Source: Desulfobacterales bacterium (GTDB lineage: Bacteria; Desulfobacterota; Desulfobacteria; Desulfobacterales; UBA5616). From it: a stretch of DNA of 11,417 bases. The position numbers and the translations under genes are program-made. Location: positions 1 through 11,417 of the forward strand of contig JAWODC010000050.1 of assembly GCA_046483495.1 (NCBI GenBank), read 5' to 3'. Shown here piece by piece: positions 7,288-11,417 of this stretch (positions are counted from its first letter, which is position 1; every line of letters starts with the position of its first letter). Below the pieces are notes generated by a model that saw nothing but the letters and a program-made list of their open reading frames with translations, made no database searches and was not told the DNA's origin.

Positions 7288-7818
7288 TCAGCCGAAAAAC
7301 ATCCGGTTCAGGATCTGCCGGGCCGAGAGCGCATGCCGGTTCAAACCCTGGTAGAATTCCCAGAACGCCTGTGTCACGAAACAGGGATATGCTGTGGTGC
7401 AGACCATCGGTCTGGCATCAAATGAAAAGAAACATCCGTTTGGGCACAACAGCGGGCATTGATGACGGACGCCGTTCGTGTCGAGCTTCTCAGCGAGTTC
7501 ATCGTGTTCAGCCGCTGTCAGGAAATGCGGGGAAACGAAAAAATCCACGGGCGCCAGATTTTTCGGAAACTGCCGCACACAGCATTGCCCTTTGCAGATG
7601 TGCATAAGTTCCCTGCATAATTTCGAAAAACCGAGGCGCTCGGCCTCGGACTCGATTCGGCATTTGATGCTGTAAAGCCTTCGAATCCCGGCCTTTGCAT
7701 GCGGTTTGTCGACATGGGACAATCCCTGATAAGCCTTCCGTGCGGACCGGAAGGCCTTTTGCATGGTGGTCCGTGTGCGGTCGGTCGCTTTGTTGCAGCG
7801 GCACAGCGTGCTTTGCAT
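7288..7818 (-). CDS. Cys-rich hypothetical protein resembling the YkgJ/UPF0153 (CxxCxxCC, Zn/Fe-chelating) family
   Basis: Motifs LCRELMHICKGQCC, CPLLCPNGC and ARPMVCTTAYPC. Starts 12 nt after the nudC stop; an alternative start is ATG 7764. Confidence 0.7.
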   Translation of the reverse strand: MQSTLCRCNKATDRTRTTMQKAFRSARKAYQGLSHVDKPHAKAGIRRLYSIKCRIESEAERLGFSKLCRELMHICKGQCCVRQFPKNLAPVDFFVSPHFLTAAEHDELAEKLDTNGVRHQCPLLCPNGCFFSFDARPMVCTTAYPCFVTQAFWEFYQGLNRHALSARQILNRMFFG

Positions 7819-7830
7819 GGCATACGTCTT

Positions 7831-8658
7831 TCATCGGCGGCTGCCGACCGTTTCTACATACCAATCGATCAAACGCCTGGCGATACTGATTTTAGGTGGA
7901 ATATCGGGGAGTTGATCCGCAGCGAACCAACCGGCATCGGCAATTTCGGAGGGGTCCGGATTCAGATCGCCGTGGGAATATTCCGCTGTAAACCCAAGCA
8001 TGAGGGAATCGGGAAAGGGCCATGGCTGGCTGCCGAAATACCGCACATTTTTTACCCAAATGCCCACTTCTTCAAACACCTCTCGTACGACACATTCTTC
8101 CAATGTTTCGCCGGGTTCCACAAAACCGGCGAGGACCGAATAGAATCCCGTCGGAAACCGGCCTGAACGCGCCAGCAAAAGTTTATCGTGGTGTACCACG
8201 GCCATGATGACGGCCGGTGAAAGCCTTGGGTAAAAAACGAGATTGCAATCAGGGCATCGTTTTGCCCGTTCGTCGGTTTTGTCCTCCATGGGCCTGCCGC
8301 ATTGGCCGCAGTAGGTATGCGTTTTGAACCAACGGATCAGCTGCGCCGCGCAGGCTGCGGTCAGAATGACGTCCTCTTTCATCCATCCGATCAGCTCGAA
8401 CAATCCTTTCAGTTCAAAACCATTTTCCTGTGTGATGCCGCTGCTTTCAATCTCCGCGATATGGCACGGACAATCGTCTTGTATTCCGAAATACTGAATC
8501 CGTGACATCTTTTCAGAAAGGTGCTTTACATCGATGAATTCAGGCACCCGGAAGCCTTCTCGATCCTTTTGGACCACAATCTTGCCGTCACTGATGACAA
8601 ACCACAGATCATGATCCGTCTTAGGCTGCTCCGGGTTGAATTCGGGCTTGAAAGACAT
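7831..8658 (-). CDS. nudC: NAD(+)/NADH diphosphatase NudC
   Basis: Zinc ribbon YCGQCG..RCPDC, FYPRLSPAVI, Nudix box GFVEPGETLEECVVREVFEEVG, signature SQPWPFPDS; AGAGGT SD. Confidence 0.96.
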   Translation of the reverse strand: MSFKPEFNPEQPKTDHDLWFVISDGKIVVQKDREGFRVPEFIDVKHLSEKMSRIQYFGIQDDCPCHIAEIESSGITQENGFELKGLFELIGWMKEDVILTAACAAQLIRWFKTHTYCGQCGRPMEDKTDERAKRCPDCNLVFYPRLSPAVIMAVVHHDKLLLARSGRFPTGFYSVLAGFVEPGETLEECVVREVFEEVGIWVKNVRYFGSQPWPFPDSLMLGFTAEYSHGDLNPDPSEIADAGWFAADQLPDIPPKISIARRLIDWYVETVGSRR

Positions 8659-8824
8659 CGTTATTTACCTCTGGAATAGGGATTGGTATTCATTCGGATA
8701 TCGCGGTTAAAATTATTCGTCCGCCTTGAACGGAACCGGATTATCTCATTTCCGGATGGACACCAATTCGGATAAAAAGGTTCATCCCATGAAGACCATG
8801 GCCGCCGAAAATCCGTTAACGTTT

Positions 8825-9466
8825 TTATAACCAGCGCCGTTTCAGATGGTCCTCGATATCATAAAAATCATTCCACGGAATATAATCGTATCCGTTCTTC
8901 TCGAGAAAAACCGCCAGACGATCCCGGGCAAACACCAACGAGGCGTTCAGGGCCATATTCCGGTCCGTAGCCCCGTCACCGATAACGGCGCACGCTTCGA
9001 ACCGGTACAGGGACATGACCCGGACCTTGGCCACGAGCTCGTCCCCCTCTTCGAACCGTGAAACCACTTTTACGTACTCGCCGGAGTTATCGACATCAGC
9101 GGCGTATACGGCGTGAATCAGCCCGTTATAGGCAGCCAGCCGGGTGTTTACCGAATCCAACAGTCCACCGGAGATCACGACGAAGGGAATACCGAGACCG
9201 TTTAGAAATTCGAGAAAATCGCGAAACCCCGGCCGGATGTCCTTGTCCCGCACATAGGCGACCATCTCCGGGTATTTGGCGGACGGAATGGATTCCACTA
9301 CCCGGGGCACCCCCTCTCTCAGGGTGACGCTGCCTTCTGAAAAATTGCGCCGGAACGCTTTCATCCGTTCAGGGGCAAAACGGCTGAGCATACCGACGAA
9401 GGTTTCATCAACCGTTATGGTGCCGTCAAAATCGCAAAATACGATTTTAGGAAAGGTATTTTTCAT
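8825..9466 (-). CDS. HAD-IB family phosphatase, MtnX-like, 213 aa
   Basis: Motif I FCDFDGTIT, motif II VISGG, motif III/IV K..IGDGATD..A..VFARD.L, and C-terminal WNDFYDI. Start placed at ATG 9466; the ORF start at 9553 would overlap the divergent gene. Confidence 0.88.
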   Translation of the reverse strand: MKNTFPKIVFCDFDGTITVDETFVGMLSRFAPERMKAFRRNFSEGSVTLREGVPRVVESIPSAKYPEMVAYVRDKDIRPGFRDFLEFLNGLGIPFVVISGGLLDSVNTRLAAYNGLIHAVYAADVDNSGEYVKVVSRFEEGDELVAKVRVMSLYRFEACAVIGDGATDRNMALNASLVFARDRLAVFLEKNGYDYIPWNDFYDIEDHLKRRWL

Positions 9467-9543
9467 TTGCCAATCCGATTGGTAATTTTGTATGCAAGTG
9501 TATCTTCTGTTTTTTATTTTTACAAGCGGGAAGGAGCGTTGCC

Positions 9544-10125
9544 ATGATTTCACGAATTGACCATGTATCGCTGGCCGTAAACGATTTTAAAGCGGCAAAA
9601 GCCTTTTTCGAAGGGATCTTAGGGGCTGTACCCGGTGCCGAGGCCAAAGACGATTCCCTGAAATTCTTCTGGAAGATTTTCTCCCTTGGGGATCTGAGCC
9701 GGTTCGAACTGATGGAGCCCACCGGCAGCGGAAGCTTTTTGGATAATTTTTTGGCGGGGAAAAAAGGCGGAGGCATCCACCACATGACACTGGAAACACC
9801 GGATATCGCACAATTCAAAAGGCACCTCGAAGATCATCATATTCCGTATTTCGGATATGCCGATCTAGGGGACGCCTGGAAGGAGCTGTTCATTCATCCC
9901 CGCGATGCGTTCGGCGTTCTGATCCAGGTGGCGGAAATGAGTGACCCCGACGACTATCTCGGTGAGGGAGCAAAGCACGGAACGGGAAAACGGTGGCGCA
10001 TCGAACGTGTGAACGGCGGCATCGAACTCGTTATGGCCCATCCGGGCGGGGGAAACGTGCGTTTTGAGATGGATCGGGACGAAGTGGGTGCTCTTGTTGA
10101 GGAGTTGACGGCGTTCATATCGTAA
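9544..10125 (+). CDS. VOC/glyoxalase family protein, methylmalonyl-CoA epimerase-like, with a C-terminal extension
   Basis: IDHVSLAV, RFELMEP, FL..K.GGGIHHMTL and FIHPRDAFGVLIQ motifs; AAGGAG SD 7 nt upstream. Confidence 0.85.
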   Translation: MISRIDHVSLAVNDFKAAKAFFEGILGAVPGAEAKDDSLKFFWKIFSLGDLSRFELMEPTGSGSFLDNFLAGKKGGGIHHMTLETPDIAQFKRHLEDHHIPYFGYADLGDAWKELFIHPRDAFGVLIQVAEMSDPDDYLGEGAKHGTGKRWRIERVNGGIELVMAHPGGGNVRFEMDRDEVGALVEELTAFIS

Positions 10126-10142
10126 TTTTAAAGGCGGGTCAG

Positions 10143-10177
10143 GGGTGATGGGCTATGGGTGATGGGTGATGGGTGAT
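10143..10177 (+). repeat. Heptamer tandem repeat (GGGTGAT)x5, one unit GGGCTAT
   Basis: gggtgat gggctat gggtgat gggtgat gggtgat read directly. Confidence 0.9.
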
Positions 10178-10197
10178 GGATGGGAATCTATTTATTT

Positions 10198-10484
10198 CCC
10201 CCCCATCCCGGCCTTCCCCCTCCAGGTGGGAAGGGGAGATGCAGCGGCAATTGTCAGTGATTCCACTTCCTGCTTTTTAGATCATATTTTCAAGCGGCTG
10301 CTTCGCGCCGCTTTCCTCGCAACACCTTTAGCCCCATAACCCGACCGTGAGCGAAGCGAACGGCACTTTTATTTACTTGTTGAAAATTAAGGCATTACGA
10401 TCAGTGGACTCGCGGCGCAGCATGTCCCCTTCACCCCTGGAGGGGGAAGGCCGGGATGGGGGGGATAAAGACCCGATCCGATTT
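10198..10484 (+). mobile_element. Non-coding element copy 1 (REP-doublet/MITE-like) with 49-bp terminal inverted repeats and a 20-bp conserved tail
   Basis: 10198-10246 matches the reverse complement of 10416-10464 at 45/49 (first 29 perfect). Homologous in inverted orientation to 11099-11383. The repeat is certain; mobility is inferred. Confidence 0.75.
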
Positions 10485-10550
10485 GGCTTTGAGTACCTTT
10501 CAGCCGATAACTGACAGCCCGTATTCAACGATCTTCGATCCACAAGCCAT

Positions 10551-10868
10551 TCACGCGGTCTGCTCGTCGATCCACGATAGAAAATCCGGATTTCCCCCCG
10601 TGACCGGCACCGTCAAAATGCAGGGGCATTCATAACTGTGCATGGCTTTTACCTTTTCCATGAGCTCGGGCACCTTAACATCGACCGTTTTTGCAATCAT
10701 CACCACTTCCGTGCTTTCCTGAACCTCGCCATCCCACCAGTACAGCGACTGCATTTTATCCAGCAGGTTGACGCATGCCGCCAACCGGTCCTTTACCAAC
10801 ATTCGGCCGATGGCCCTCGCCTCGTCCATATCTCCGGCCGTCATGTATATCCAGAAATGTGCTGCCAT
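10551..10868 (-). CDS. cutA: Divalent-cation tolerance protein CutA
   Basis: LVKDRLAACVN, SLYWWDGEV, E..MIAKT and HSYECPCI..P..GGN..FL.WI motifs; GGAGG SD. Confidence 0.96.
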   Translation of the reverse strand: MAAHFWIYMTAGDMDEARAIGRMLVKDRLAACVNLLDKMQSLYWWDGEVQESTEVVMIAKTVDVKVPELMEKVKAMHSYECPCILTVPVTGGNPDFLSWIDEQTA

Positions 10869-10917
10869 TTGGCCTCCCTGTATGCTTGAAAAACGTTGAC
10901 GATGAGACTTCCCGAAA

Positions 10918-10979
10918 ATCGAACTCGGGATCGGGATCGTTTGTTTCTTTTTTAATTTCGATACCGATACTGATCCCGA
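10918..10979. repeat. Degenerate hexamer tandem repeats in inverted arrangement (ATCGGG)n...(CCCGAT)n
   Basis: atcgaa ctcggg atcggg atcg, then a T-rich loop, then tcgat accgat actgat cccga; the arms are partly complementary. Confidence 0.65.
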
Positions 10980-11040
10980 ATGCTTTTTTTAAACCAGAAC
11001 CGATCCAATGTAAACGTTGTTAAGCCGTGTAATCCGTGTT

Positions 11041-11098
11041 TAAAGATAGTGAACGGTGATTCTATTCTAAAGATAGTGAGCGTTGAACAGTGAACAGT
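11041..11098 (+). repeat. 12-bp direct repeat TAAAGATAGTGA x2 followed by degenerate heptamers (TGAACAG)
   Basis: Identical 12-mers at 11041-11052 and 11068-11079, then tgagcgt tgaacag tgaacag up to the edge of element copy 2. Confidence 0.7.
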
Positions 11099-11383
11099 AA
11101 ATCGGATCGGGTCTTAATCCCCCCCATCCCGGCCTTCCCCCTCCAGGGGTGAAGGAGAGTTGTTGCGACGAAAGTCCAATAATCGTAATGAGTTAATTTT
11201 CAACAAGTAAACAAAAGTGCCGTTCGCTTTGCTCACGGTTTGTTTTTCTGGTCATGGTCATATTTGCAAGCGGCGCGAAGCAGCCGCTTGAACGGACTTC
11301 TAAAAAAACGGGGCATTGGAAAAACGGTCATCTGTCGCTGCATCTCCCCTTCACCCCCTGAGGGGGAAGGCCGGGATGGGGGG
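11099..11383 (-). mobile_element. Non-coding element copy 2, inverted relative to copy 1
   Basis: TIRs CCCCCC(C)ATCCCGGCCTTCCCCCTC.. start at 11119 and end at 11383. Internal blocks 11268-11292 (25/25) and 11193-11239 (45/47) and tail 11099-11118 (19/20) match copy 1 in reverse complement. Confidence 0.75.
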
Positions 11384-11417
11384 TCAGCTGCCTGTGAATT
11401 CCCCCCACTCAGCTTTG

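Noticed and set aside
9467..9553. Longer start for the HAD phosphatase
   Set aside because: Overlaps the divergent VOC gene and its SD; HAD motif I normally lies near the N-terminus.
10289..10365. Integron attC site (GCTTCGC/GCGAAGC loops)
   Set aside because: No RYYYAAC/GTTRRRY core pair bounding a single long palindrome, and no cassette-like organisation.
10198..11383. CRISPR array or autonomous IS
   Set aside because: Repeats are inverted rather than direct with regular spacers; no cas or transposase ORF in the window.

Overview
Bacterial chromosomal segment, mostly on the minus strand. Gene content suggests an anaerobic Desulfobacterota/deltaproteobacterium; this is an inference. The left end holds a tightly coupled biosynthetic operon: U32-family Fe-S protein (1939-3150), class I SAM methyltransferase (1149-1961), type III polyketide synthase (94-1152), and a fourth gene starting at 84 that runs off the window and is missing from the ORF track. 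Upstream is a GlrK/QseE-QseG-GlrR/QseF-like trio (sensor kinase, lipoprotein, sigma54 activator), in which the lipoprotein signal peptide is overprinted on the kinase C-terminus. Next come a Cys-rich YkgJ-like protein, nudC, an MtnX-like HAD phosphatase, a divergent VOC/methylmalonyl-CoA epimerase-like gene and cutA. cutA is bracketed by two inverted copies of a ~285-bp non-coding element (10198-10484 and 11099-11383). Each copy has ~49-bp terminal inverted repeats built from REP-like palindromes, plus conserved internal hairpin blocks separated by divergent spacers. Short heptamer/hexamer tandem repeats lie nearby. The best novelty candidates are the U32 + methyltransferase + type III PKS operon (a possible O2-independent route to hydroxylated aromatic polyketides) and the inverted structured element pair.
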